64,000 nt of DNA from Candidatus Humimonas hydrogenitrophica (lineage in GTDB: Bacteria > Gemmatimonadota > Gemmatimonadetes > Palauibacterales > Palauibacteraceae). The translations under genes and the position numbers were made by a program. Where the stretch lies: contig CANPVD010000053.1 of NCBI GenBank assembly GCA_947581615.1, positions 89,737-153,736 on the forward strand, read 5' to 3'. Shown in pieces: positions 25,014-34,041 of this stretch; positions within the stretch are counted from its first letter, which is position 1; every line of letters begins with the position of its first letter. A model generated the notes under the pieces. That model was not told the DNA's origin. It worked only from the letters and a program-made list of their open reading frames with translations, and made no database searches.

Positions 25014-26471
25014 ATGCCTGACCAAACCGGAGCCCGCGGCGCCGCCGAGGTCGCCGCCACCGCCTCGCGGAGCGCCGGGCTCAAGCGCGAGCTCCGGCTG
25101 GTCGATCTCGTGCTCACGCAGGTGATGTTCATCGTGGGCGCACAGTGGGTGGGCACCGCGGCCATGCTCGGCCACGAGCAGATCGTTTACTGGCTGCTCG
25201 CCATGGCGTTGTTCTACCTGCCGCAGGCGGCCGTGGTCATCTTTCTCAACCGGCGCATGCCGCTCGAGGGCGGCCTCTACCAGTGGGCCAGGATCGGGTT
25301 CAACGACGGGGTGGGCTTCCTGGTCGCCTGGAACCTGTGGATGTTCGCGCTCATCCTCCTGGCCTCGTACGGCGTCGTGATCGCCGACACCTTCAGCTAC
25401 GTCCTCGGGCCGAGCGCCCACTGGCTCACGGGCACCAAGTGGTACGACGGCGCGGTGACGGGTTGCATGGTCGCGATGATCATCCTCGTCTCCCTGTACG
25501 GGCTCCGGATCGGAAAGTGGATCCACGACGCCGGGGGGCTCGCGCACCTCCTCACGTTCGCCGCCCTGCTCGCGATGCCGATCTTCGCCTTCACCCACCA
25601 CACGGTGGTCGACCCTCACCCGTTCGCGGCAGCCATGCCGAGGGCGAACCTGCTGTCGGTGAACATCTTCAGCAAGCTGGCGCTCGGAGCCCTCACCGGC
25701 TTCGAGTACGTGGCCATCCTGGCCGGCGAGACGCGCGATCCCGGCAAGGCCATCGGCCGCTCCGTGCTCATCGCCACGCCGGTCATCGCGCTCATGTTCA
25801 TCCTCGGCACGAGCGCGGTGCTGGCGGCCACGCCGGCGGGCAAGATCGACCTCATCGCGCCCATCCCGCAGGCGCTCACCTACGGGCTCCGGTCGTTCGG
25901 GTGGGCGGTCTACATCGTCCCCGTGCTCACGATGCTGCTGCTCATGCGGCACATCGGGAACGTGAACCTGGTGTTCGCGGCCAACGCGCGGCTGCCGATG
26001 GTGGCCGGCTGGGACGGCCTCCTGCCCGGCTGGTTCACCCGGCTCCACCCGCGCTACCGGACGCCGCTCAACTCCATCCTGTTCGTCGGCGCGGTGACGC
26101 TGGTGTTCGCCGCGCTGAGCCTGGTCGGCGTAGGATTGCAGGAGGCCTTCCAGCTCCTGGACAACGCGGCCGGCGTCCTGTATGCCCTGTGCTACCTGGT
26201 CATGTTCGCGCTGCCACTGGTCGGCCTGCGCGGGTTCGCGAGGGCGCCCCTGTGGCTGCGCCTGGCGGCCGTGTCGGGGTTCGCGGTGACGCTGCTCTAC
26301 ATCGTGCTGTCGGTGTTCCCGATCATCGACGTGAAGAGCTGGACGAGCTTCGCCGCCAAGATCATCGTCGTGGTCGTGATCGCCAACCTGATCGGGGCCG
26401 CGCTGTACCGCGCCGAGAAGCGGCGGCAGGGCGAGCGCGAGGCCGAGGTGGTGAGCGCGGTCGGCGCGTAG
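25014..26471 (+). CDS. APC-family amino acid permease
   Basis: The protein has 12 transmembrane helices and an amino-acid permease-like pattern. Confidence 0.85.
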   Translation: MPDQTGARGAAEVAATASRSAGLKRELRLVDLVLTQVMFIVGAQWVGTAAMLGHEQIVYWLLAMALFYLPQAAVVIFLNRRMPLEGGLYQWARIGFNDGVGFLVAWNLWMFALILLASYGVVIADTFSYVLGPSAHWLTGTKWYDGAVTGCMVAMIILVSLYGLRIGKWIHDAGGLAHLLTFAALLAMPIFAFTHHTVVDPHPFAAAMPRANLLSVNIFSKLALGALTGFEYVAILAGETRDPGKAIGRSVLIATPVIALMFILGTSAVLAATPAGKIDLIAPIPQALTYGLRSFGWAVYIVPVLTMLLLMRHIGNVNLVFAANARLPMVAGWDGLLPGWFTRLHPRYRTPLNSILFVGAVTLVFAALSLVGVGLQEAFQLLDNAAGVLYALCYLVMFALPLVGLRGFARAPLWLRLAAVSGFAVTLLYIVLSVFPIIDVKSWTSFAAKIIVVVVIANLIGAALYRAEKRRQGEREAEVVSAVGA

Positions 26472-26527
26472 CGACGGCATGGCGCCCGCGGCCAGTCTGC
26501 ACATCTGAACCAGAGGAGCACCGAGAC

Positions 26528-27499
26528 ATGCCGGAGGCCCTGGAGCCCGTCCGACCCATCACGCTGGAGGAGATCCGCGACGCGCGCTCGCGCATCGCGG
26601 GCGTCGTCGTGCGTACCCCGCTGGTCCGGCTGGAGCTGGGACCCGAGTATCCCGAGATCCGGCTCAAGCTCGAGAGCCTCCAGCCGATCAACGCCTACAA
26701 GCTGCGCGGCGCCGCCAACGCCGTGGCGCTCCTTCCCGAGGCGGAGCGCGCTCGCGGCGTGTGGACGATCAGCGCGGGCAACGCGGGACAGGGGGTGGCG
26801 TACGCGGCGAGGGCCGCCGGGGTGCTCTGCACCGTCGTCGCCATCGAGACGGCGCCCACCTCGAAGCTGGAGCGCATGCGGGCGCTGGGAGCGCGCGTCG
26901 TCCCCGTCTCCTACGACGTCGCCTGGCAAGCGCTCGAGGCACGCCAGTACCCGGGAATCGAGGGCACCTTCGTGCATCCCTTCGACGACCACGACTTCAT
27001 CGCCGGACACGCGACCATGGGCCTCGAGATCCTGGAGGACGCGCCCGATGTGGCCGCGGTCGTCGCCGCGATCGGCGGAGGCGGACTCGTCACGGCGCTC
27101 GGAAGCGCGATCAAGGCGCTCCGGCCCGAGATCGACGTGTGGGGGGCCGAGCCGGAGACGGCCGCGCCCGCGGCGCGGTCGTTCGAGGCGGGGGCCCCGC
27201 AGCGGTTCGACGCGTGGGAGGCCTCGTTCGTGGACGGCGCCGGGGGCAAGAGCGTGTTCCCCCGCATGTGGGAGCGCATGCGCCCGGTGGTGGACGGCTC
27301 GATCGTGGTCACCCTGGACGAGACCCGGCGCGCCATGCGGCTCATGGCGGAGAAGGCGCGGGTCATCACCGAGGGCGCGGGCGCACTGCCGGTGGCCGCC
27401 GCGCTCACGGGCAAGGCCGGCCCCGGGCCGATCGTGGCCGTCGTGTCGGGGGGCAACATCGACCTCGACACGTTCGCCGAGCTGATCCGGGAGGCGTAG
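26528..27499 (+). CDS. PLP-dependent threonine/serine dehydratase-like enzyme
   Basis: The PLP-lysine region INAYKLRGA and a glycine-rich loop GGGGL are present. Confidence 0.8.
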   Translation: MPEALEPVRPITLEEIRDARSRIAGVVVRTPLVRLELGPEYPEIRLKLESLQPINAYKLRGAANAVALLPEAERARGVWTISAGNAGQGVAYAARAAGVLCTVVAIETAPTSKLERMRALGARVVPVSYDVAWQALEARQYPGIEGTFVHPFDDHDFIAGHATMGLEILEDAPDVAAVVAAIGGGGLVTALGSAIKALRPEIDVWGAEPETAAPAARSFEAGAPQRFDAWEASFVDGAGGKSVFPRMWERMRPVVDGSIVVTLDETRRAMRLMAEKARVITEGAGALPVAAALTGKAGPGPIVAVVSGGNIDLDTFAELIREA

Positions 27500-27546
27500 G
27501 GTGGAGCGATGACCGATCCGTACACCTGTTCGGGGGGAAATCCGTG

Positions 27547-29064
27547 ATGTCCGAGCCACGCGTCCGATCGCACCGCCCCGCCGCAGCGGGAGCCACCACG
27601 CCGCGCGGCATCGCGGCGCTCATCACCATGGCGGCGGCGCTCGCCACTCCTTCCCTCATCGCCTTCACGGCGCTCGCCCTGCCGCCCTCACCCGCCGCCG
27701 CGCAGCAGCCTGCCCTCTCCTCCAACGTCCTCCGCTACGTGGCCGTGGACACCCCCGTAGTGGCCCTGACGCACGTGCGAGTCATCGACGGGACGGGGGC
27801 GCCGGCGCGGGCGGACCAGACGCTGGTCATCCGGGCCGGGACGATCGCCGCGCTGGGGCCGGCTTCGTCGGTGAAGGTGCCGCCGGGCGCGGACGTGATG
27901 GACCTCGCCGGGAAGTCGGTGATTCCGGGCCTCGTCATGATGCACGAACACCTGTTCTATCCCACCGGTCCGGGGGTGTACGGCAACACCGCCGAGAGCT
28001 TCACGCGACTCTACCTGGCCGGCGGCGTCACCACCATGCGCACGACCGGGGACATGAACGGCTACGGTGACCTGGCCATCGCGCGGGCCATCAAGGACGG
28101 CCTCAAGCCGGGTCCGTGGATCGACGCCACCGGTCCCTACCTGACGGGCGCGGGGAACCGGTTCGAGCAGATGTACACGCTGAAGGGTGCCGCCGACGCG
28201 AAGCGCATGGTGGACTTCTGGGCTGATGCGGGCGCCACCTCCTTCAAGGCGTACATGAACATCACGCGAGCAGAGCTCGGCGCCGCCGTACAGGAGGCGC
28301 ACGCCCGCGGCCTCAAGATCACGGGGCACCTGTGCTCGGTGACGTACCGCGAGGCGGCGGACCTGGGCATCGACGACCTGGAGCACGGCTTCTTCGTCTC
28401 CACCGACTTCGTGGAGGACAAGAAGTCGGACCAGTGTCCCGGGCAGCGAGCCGGGATGGCGGCCCTGGACCGGGTGGACCCGGCCGGGCCCCGGTTCGGC
28501 GCCCTGGTGGACACCCTCATCGCGCACCACGTGGCCGTGACCTCCACCCTCACCGTGTTCGAGACCTTCACGCCCGGCCGGCCGCAGCCCCCGGGGCTCG
28601 ACGTCCTGGACCCCATCCTGAAGCAGCAGTTCGAGAAGACCTACGAGCGCATCCAGCAGGACACGGCGTCCATCTATCCAGAGCTGTTCGGGAAGGACAT
28701 GGCCATGGAGCGACGCTTCGCCCGGGCGGGCGGGCTGCTGCTGGCCGGCACCGACCCCACCGGCTACGGGGGCGTCATCCCCGGCTATTCGGACCAGCGG
28801 CAGGTCGAGCTCCTGGTCGAGGCGGGGCTCACGCCCCTCGAGGCCATCCGGATCTGCACGCTGAATGGCGCCATCTACCTGGGACGCGCCGACCGGATCG
28901 GCTCGCTGGCCGTGGGCAAGCAGGCGGACCTCGTGGTCATCGATGGCGATCCGGCCGTCCACATCTCCGACATGCGCAACGTGGAAATGGTCTTCCGCCA
29001 GGGCGTGGGCTACGACCCGCGGAAGCTGATCGCGAGCGTGAGAGGGGAGGTCGGGTTGTTCTGA
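27547..29064 (+). CDS. Secreted amidohydrolase-family metal-dependent hydrolase
   Basis: A signal peptide is present. The motifs MMHEHL and GHL...D are typical of the amidohydrolase TIM-barrel. Confidence 0.8.
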   Translation: MSEPRVRSHRPAAAGATTPRGIAALITMAAALATPSLIAFTALALPPSPAAAQQPALSSNVLRYVAVDTPVVALTHVRVIDGTGAPARADQTLVIRAGTIAALGPASSVKVPPGADVMDLAGKSVIPGLVMMHEHLFYPTGPGVYGNTAESFTRLYLAGGVTTMRTTGDMNGYGDLAIARAIKDGLKPGPWIDATGPYLTGAGNRFEQMYTLKGAADAKRMVDFWADAGATSFKAYMNITRAELGAAVQEAHARGLKITGHLCSVTYREAADLGIDDLEHGFFVSTDFVEDKKSDQCPGQRAGMAALDRVDPAGPRFGALVDTLIAHHVAVTSTLTVFETFTPGRPQPPGLDVLDPILKQQFEKTYERIQQDTASIYPELFGKDMAMERRFARAGGLLLAGTDPTGYGGVIPGYSDQRQVELLVEAGLTPLEAIRICTLNGAIYLGRADRIGSLAVGKQADLVVIDGDPAVHISDMRNVEMVFRQGVGYDPRKLIASVRGEVGLF

Positions 29065-29307
29065 TGCGTCTGCGGCCGTGCGTGGAGGCACCCGGTCGTC
29101 GCACGGTGCACCCCCTGCGGTGATGAGGCGGAAGACATAGGAGGAGGCCCCATGACAGCTCCGGATCGACGCCACGGCATCGCTGGATTCCTGCATTGTG
29201 CGGAGGCGGGCGCCGCCGCGGGGCTCCTGGCCGCCACCCTCTCCAACCGCTACCGAATCGAGCGCGAGCTCGGCCACATTCGTCCCCCTCTCCCCGGGAG
29301 GCATCCC

Positions 29308-29763
29308 ATGCTTCGCCGTGCTACCGGTGTCCTGCTCGCAGCGCTCGCAATCCTCTCGGTGGCCCCGCACGCGCTCCAGGCGCAGCAGCGACAGTACATC
29401 GCGCCGCGAGCCGCGACCGACACGACCACGCTTCCCTTCAGCGGAGGCGTCCTGGTCGGCAACACGCTCTACCTGAGCGGCACGATCGGCCTCCTGCCCG
29501 ACCAGACCGTGCCCGCCACGGCCACCGAGGAGGCGCGACGCGTGCTGGACAACATCAAGGAGGCGCTGACCCGGGCGGGGATGACGATGGACGACCTGGT
29601 GCAGGTGCAGGTGTTCTGCTCGGACCTCTCCACGTACGCCGACTTCAACAAGGTGTACCGGACCTACTTCACCAAGGTCTACCCGCCGCGCGCGTTCATC
29701 GGCGTGGCCCACGTGCTGTTCGACGCCCGGTACGAGGTGCAGGGGATCGCCGTGAAGGGCTGA
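29308..29763 (+). CDS. RidA/YjgF-family protein with a signal peptide
   Basis: The YjgF fold motifs GNTLYLSGTIG and PPRAFIGVA are present. An N-terminal signal peptide is seen when the start is taken at Met53 of the ORF. Confidence 0.7.
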   Translation: MLRRATGVLLAALAILSVAPHALQAQQRQYIAPRAATDTTTLPFSGGVLVGNTLYLSGTIGLLPDQTVPATATEEARRVLDNIKEALTRAGMTMDDLVQVQVFCSDLSTYADFNKVYRTYFTKVYPPRAFIGVAHVLFDARYEVQGIAVKG

Positions 29764-29809
29764 GGCGAGTCGCCCCCCAAGCGCCGCACCGGTGGAGGCC
29801 GCGCTCCCC

Positions 29810-30163
29810 CTATCCCCCCGCCAGAGCGCCCACGACCAGGAAGGGCTCCCGGCCCGCCGCGACCGCCTCGGGGAGCGGCGTGTCGGGCGGTTCGAGGGAG
29901 AGGTCCCGCCCGCCGGCGAAGAAGCGGAGGAAGTCCCGGCGCTCGCACGTGACGTGATCGCGGATCGTGCCGCGCAGCACCGGATAGGCCTCCTCCAACG
30001 CGTCGAGCACGGCCTCCAGGGTGACCTCGCCCGCCACCCGGAGCGCGACTTCGCCCTCCACGCGGGCCAGCGTCCGCAGGTGGAAGGGCAGCTCCACCCG
30101 TACGAGCCGGCCCTCCCCGCCAGCCCGCGGGGTGGCGTCGCCGGCGGGCGCGTCGGGACTCAC
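29810..30163 (-). CDS. MoaD/ThiS-like ubiquitin-fold protein ending in Gly-Gly
   Basis: The C-terminus reads ...[10 protein letters not shown] followed by the stop. The GTG start overlaps the stop of the upstream BNR gene as GTGA. Confidence 0.45.
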   Translation of the reverse strand: MSPDAPAGDATPRAGGEGRLVRVELPFHLRTLARVEGEVALRVAGEVTLEAVLDALEEAYPVLRGTIRDHVTCERRDFLRFFAGGRDLSLEPPDTPLPEAVAAGREPFLVVGALAGG

Positions 30164-31341
30164 GGCAGGGTCTGCACCTCGACCGCCAGCACGGCCGGGA
30201 GGTCCCGGACGATGGGCTCCCACCGGTCCCCGGAGTCGGCCGACGCGTACACCTGGCCGCCCGTCGTGCCGAAGTAGATCCCGCACGGCTCCAGGGCGTC
30301 GGCGGCCATGGCGTCGCGCAGGACGTTCACGTAGCAGTTCTCCTGTGGAAGGCCCCGGGTGAGCGGCTCCCACTCGCCGCCGCCGGTTCGGCTCCGGTAG
30401 ACCCGGAGCTTCCCTTCGGGTGGATAGTGCTCCGAGTCGCTCTTGATCGGCACGACGTACACGGTCTCGGGCTCGTGCGCGTGGACCTCGATCGGGAAGC
30501 CGAAGTCGCTGGGGAGGTCGCCGCTCACCTCGTGCCACGAGTCCCCCGCGTCGTCGCTCCGCATGACGTCCCAGTGCTTCTGCATGTACAGGACCTCGGG
30601 ACGGGCGGGGTGGAGGGCGATCCGGTGCACGCAGTGGCCGATCTCGGCCTCCGGGTCGGGCATGTAGTTGGACACGAGCCCGCGGTTGATGGGACGCCAG
30701 GTGGTCCCTCCATCGACCGTGCGGAAGACGCCCGCCGCGGAGATGGCCGCGTACATCCGGTGGGGATCGGACGGGTCCAGCAGGACGGTGTGGAGGCAGA
30801 GGCCTCCGGCGCCCGGGTTCCAGTGGCTGCCGCCGCCGTATCCCCGGAGCCCCGACACCTCCTGCCAGGAGGTCGCCCCGTCGGTCGAGCGGAACAGGGC
30901 GGCATCCTCGACGCCCGCGTACACCGAGTCCGGATCGTCGAGCGAGGGCTCCAGGTGCCACACCCGCTTGAACTCCCAGGGATGGTCGGTGTCATCGTAC
31001 CACTTGTGCGTGGTGAGCGGCTTCCCGGTCTCCTCGGAGGTGTCGTAGGCGAACTTGTTGCTCACCCCGGTGGGCATGCCCTCGGAGACGTCCGGCAGCT
31101 TCTCCCCGCCGGGCGTCTCCCAGGTCCGGCCACCATCGCTGGAGCGCTGGATGATCTGCCCGAACCAGCCCGAGGTCTGCGAGGCGTAGATCCGGTCGGG
31201 ATCGGCCGCCGAGCCCTTCATGTGGTAGATTTCCCAGCCGCCGAAGTGGGGGCCGCTCACCTCCCAGCTCTTCCGCGTCCCGTCGGCGGTGAGGATGAAC
31301 GCGCCCTTCTTGGTACCGACTAGCACCCGCACTCCGCTCAT
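30160..31341 (-). CDS. BNR/Asp-box repeat beta-propeller protein (sialidase or Ycf48-like fold)
   Basis: Several S-x-D-x-G-x-T-W repeats are present ([40 protein letters not shown]). A GAGGAG ribosome-binding site lies upstream of the ATG at 31341. Confidence 0.75.
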   Translation of the reverse strand: MSGVRVLVGTKKGAFILTADGTRKSWEVSGPHFGGWEIYHMKGSAADPDRIYASQTSGWFGQIIQRSSDGGRTWETPGGEKLPDVSEGMPTGVSNKFAYDTSEETGKPLTTHKWYDDTDHPWEFKRVWHLEPSLDDPDSVYAGVEDAALFRSTDGATSWQEVSGLRGYGGGSHWNPGAGGLCLHTVLLDPSDPHRMYAAISAAGVFRTVDGGTTWRPINRGLVSNYMPDPEAEIGHCVHRIALHPARPEVLYMQKHWDVMRSDDAGDSWHEVSGDLPSDFGFPIEVHAHEPETVYVVPIKSDSEHYPPEGKLRVYRSRTGGGEWEPLTRGLPQENCYVNVLRDAMAADALEPCGIYFGTTGGQVYASADSGDRWEPIVRDLPAVLAVEVQTLP

Positions 31342-31410
31342 GGCGTGCTCCTCGAACAAGGGACATCGGCCGCTTCGCCCGCGGGAGCGAGCCGCCCTCC
31401 CGTGACGCAC

Positions 31411-31440
31411 ACTACATGTATATGCATCTATCTTCGGAGG
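31411..31440 (-). promoter_or_regulatory. AT-rich candidate promoter upstream of the BNR/MoaD-like operon
   Basis: The sequence ACATGTATATGCATCTATC is an isolated AT-rich island in otherwise roughly 70% GC DNA, about 70-100 nt upstream of the start at 31341. Confidence 0.25.
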
Positions 31441-31530
31441 GCAAGGCCGGGATCCGTCGAATACGCCCGGCCCCGTTCACGGGCAGAGCGGGCGGGTCGG
31501 GGTCGTACGGCTCGGGATCATCCGCGGAAG

Positions 31531-31614
31531 CGGAGGGGGTGGGATTCGAACCCACATGGGGCTCTCGCCCCGCCGGTTTTCAAGACCGGTGCATTGCCGT
31601 TCTGCCACCCCTCC
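31531..31614 (-). tRNA. tRNA-Ser (anticodon UGA)
   Basis: The reverse complement folds as a class II tRNA. The acceptor stem is GGAGGGG/CCCCTCC. The anticodon stem-loop is CCGGT-cuUGAaa-ACCGG. A long variable arm, a T-arm (GTGGGTTCGAATCCCAC) and a G discriminator are present. CCA is not encoded. Confidence 0.85.
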
Positions 31615-31719
31615 GGCCGGGTCAAGCTAACGCGCCGGGGACCGCCTTCCCACCGGGCGACGTGAGGGGCACGGCCCGCCCCGTGGCGCGCGGCCCCCTC
31701 CCCTCCTACCCTCCCCTCC

Positions 31720-32967
31720 ATGCCAGAGGAACCCTCGTCCCGACGCTCGCTGCGCGAAACACTGGCCGGAAACCCCCTCGGCCTGGGGATCACCTCCTTC
31801 TGGGCGGACGTGGCCGGAGAGATGATGTACCCCCTCCTGCCCGCCTTCCTCACGGTCGTGCTCGGCGCAAACGCGGCCTTCCTCGGCCTGGTGGAGGGCG
31901 TCGCGGAGAGCACGGCCAGCCTGCTCAAGCTGGCTGGCGGGTGGCTCTCCGACCGGCTCGGCGTCCGGAAGCCCCTGGCGGCGTGGGGGTACGGGGTCGC
32001 GGCCGTGGCCCGGCCCCTCCTGGCGCTGGTCACGGCCCCATGGCAGCTCCTCATCGCGCGTGCGGCGGACCGGGCCGGCAAGGGGATCCGGACCGCGCCC
32101 CGCGACGCGCTCCTGGCCGGCTCCGTGGACGCGGACCGCAGGGGTGTCGCCTTCGGGTTCCAACGGGCCATGGACAACGCGGGGGCCGTGGTGGGCCCGC
32201 TCGTGGCCGCCGGCCTCATGGCCCTGTGGGCCGGAGGCTACCGGCGCGTGTTCGCGCTCTCGGTGATCCCCGGGGTGCTCTCGGTCCTGGCCATCCTGCG
32301 GCTCACCCGGGAGGTAGGTCCCCGCGCGGAGGCCGACGGCCACGCTGAAACCGGCCGTGCCGGAGCCGATCGCGCCGCCCGCCCCGCCCGCCCGCGCCTG
32401 TCGCTCGGGGCGTTCGGTACACCCTTCCGCGGCTACCTGGGCGCGGTCTTCCTGTTCACCCTGGGCAACTCCTCGGACGCCTTCCTGCTTCTCAGGGCCG
32501 GACAGCTCGGCGTGGCGACCGCCGCCATCCCGCTCCTGTGGGCGGCCTTCAACCTGTCCAAGACCGCCTGGAACCTGCCCGGCGGCCTCCTCTCGGATCG
32601 GCTGGGTCCAAGGCGTTCCATCCTGATCGGCTGGGGGCTGTACGCGCTCGTGTACGTGGGCTTCGCCGTGGCCGGGCGGACGTGGCACGCCTGGGCCCTG
32701 TTCCTCGTGTACGGCCTGTTCTACGGCCTCACGGAGGCCCCCGAGCGGGCCTACGTGGCCCAGATGGCTCCCGAGGGACTGCGGAGCACGGCCTACGGGA
32801 CCTTCCACTTCGCGGTGGGGCTCGCCGCCCTCCCGGCCAGCCTGCTGTTCGGCGCCGTGTGGGAGCTGGCGAGTCCGGAGGCGGCGTTCCTGACGGGCGC
32901 GGGGGTGGGCGTGGCCGCGGCCGCCCTCCTGCTCCTGCTCACGCCCTCGCGGACGGCGCGGGCCTAG
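31720..32967 (+). CDS. MFS transporter
   Basis: The protein has 12 transmembrane helices and an MFS loop motif (DRLGVRKPL, DRLGPRRS). Confidence 0.85.
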   Translation: MPEEPSSRRSLRETLAGNPLGLGITSFWADVAGEMMYPLLPAFLTVVLGANAAFLGLVEGVAESTASLLKLAGGWLSDRLGVRKPLAAWGYGVAAVARPLLALVTAPWQLLIARAADRAGKGIRTAPRDALLAGSVDADRRGVAFGFQRAMDNAGAVVGPLVAAGLMALWAGGYRRVFALSVIPGVLSVLAILRLTREVGPRAEADGHAETGRAGADRAARPARPRLSLGAFGTPFRGYLGAVFLFTLGNSSDAFLLLRAGQLGVATAAIPLLWAAFNLSKTAWNLPGGLLSDRLGPRRSILIGWGLYALVYVGFAVAGRTWHAWALFLVYGLFYGLTEAPERAYVAQMAPEGLRSTAYGTFHFAVGLAALPASLLFGAVWELASPEAAFLTGAGVGVAAAALLLLLTPSRTARA

Positions 32968-33034
32968 AGGGCGGTGGCGACCGGCTCCGCTCCGGCCGCC
33001 TCGACCCACTGTCCCGGGCGGTTGCCGGACCGAG

Positions 33035-33838
33035 CTACTTGCCCGGCGAGTCTCCGATCCGGGACCAGCGCACGGACGTGAGGAACGGCAGGGGACGGGG
33101 CGACGAGGTGTCGTACGACCAGTACAGGAAGGCCAGCTTCCCCTCGAAGCGCGAGCGGTCCAGGAAACCCCAGAAGCGAGAGTCGAGGCTGTGCTCGCGG
33201 TTGTCGCCCATGACGAAGTACTTGTGGGGCGGCACCACGATGGGGCCCCAGTTCTCCAGCGTGGGGCGGTAGGTCTTCCGGTCCACGCCGGGAGCCAGGA
33301 ACTGGTACTGCCACACCATCCACGGGTGGGTCTCGTCGGGCACGGTCGAGTCGTGGACCACGTAGGGCTCGACCTGCGGCTTCCCGTTCCGGATGAGCGT
33401 GCCGTCCCGCATGGACAGCGTGTCGCCCGGCACGCCGATGACGCGCTTGACCACGTCCACGTCCGGCTCCCAGGACGGCCGGAAGATCGCGATCTCGTCC
33501 CGCTGCGGGTCCTTGTAGCCGGGCAGCCGGGCGTGCGTCCCGGGAATGGGCGCCCCGTAGGCGACCTTGTTCACCATGAGGACGTCGCCCACCAGGAGCG
33601 TATTCTCCATGGAGCCCGACGAAATGTAGAAGCTCTGGAGGAGGAAGGTCCGGACGACGAGGAAGAGGACGACGGCGAACAGGATCGTCTTCGTCCACTC
33701 CCACAGGGCGCTGGTAGGCGCGGGCGGAGCGGTGGCCGCCTGACCGCGCTTCGGCGAAGCGGCGCCGCCCTTCGGCGATCCCTTCCCCGCGGGCCCTCCT
33801 TCCGGCCCGCTCGCCTTCGACTTTCGCTTTCTGGCCAT
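33035..33838 (-). CDS. lepB: Signal peptidase I
   Basis: The Ser box (SGSMENTL), Lys box (VKRVIGVPGD) and GDNREHSLDSRFWG motifs are present. Confidence 0.9.
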   Translation of the reverse strand: MARKRKSKASGPEGGPAGKGSPKGGAASPKRGQAATAPPAPTSALWEWTKTILFAVVLFLVVRTFLLQSFYISSGSMENTLLVGDVLMVNKVAYGAPIPGTHARLPGYKDPQRDEIAIFRPSWEPDVDVVKRVIGVPGDTLSMRDGTLIRNGKPQVEPYVVHDSTVPDETHPWMVWQYQFLAPGVDRKTYRPTLENWGPIVVPPHKYFVMGDNREHSLDSRFWGFLDRSRFEGKLAFLYWSYDTSSPRPLPFLTSVRWSRIGDSPGK

Positions 33839-34041
33839 CGGCCCCCGTCGGAATGGATGGTCGGACGCCTCCGAGGATAGGGTCGCGGCGCCCGCGGGGC
33901 CACACCGGTGCTCGGCCCTCCCCGGGGGTTTCGCGGCCGCCTCGGGCGCCGCTAGCTTGCGGCGGCCGCCACGGCGGTCTCCGTGAGAGCCCCGGCGTCC
34001 GCGGACGCGCTTCCCTGGGAACCCGCACCGGGAGTGACTCC

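Noticed and set aside
31411-31700. The tRNA-Ser flank as a possible integration hotspot or genomic island boundary.
   Set aside because: No integrase, transposase, direct repeat of the tRNA 3' end or compositional shift was seen on either side within the window.
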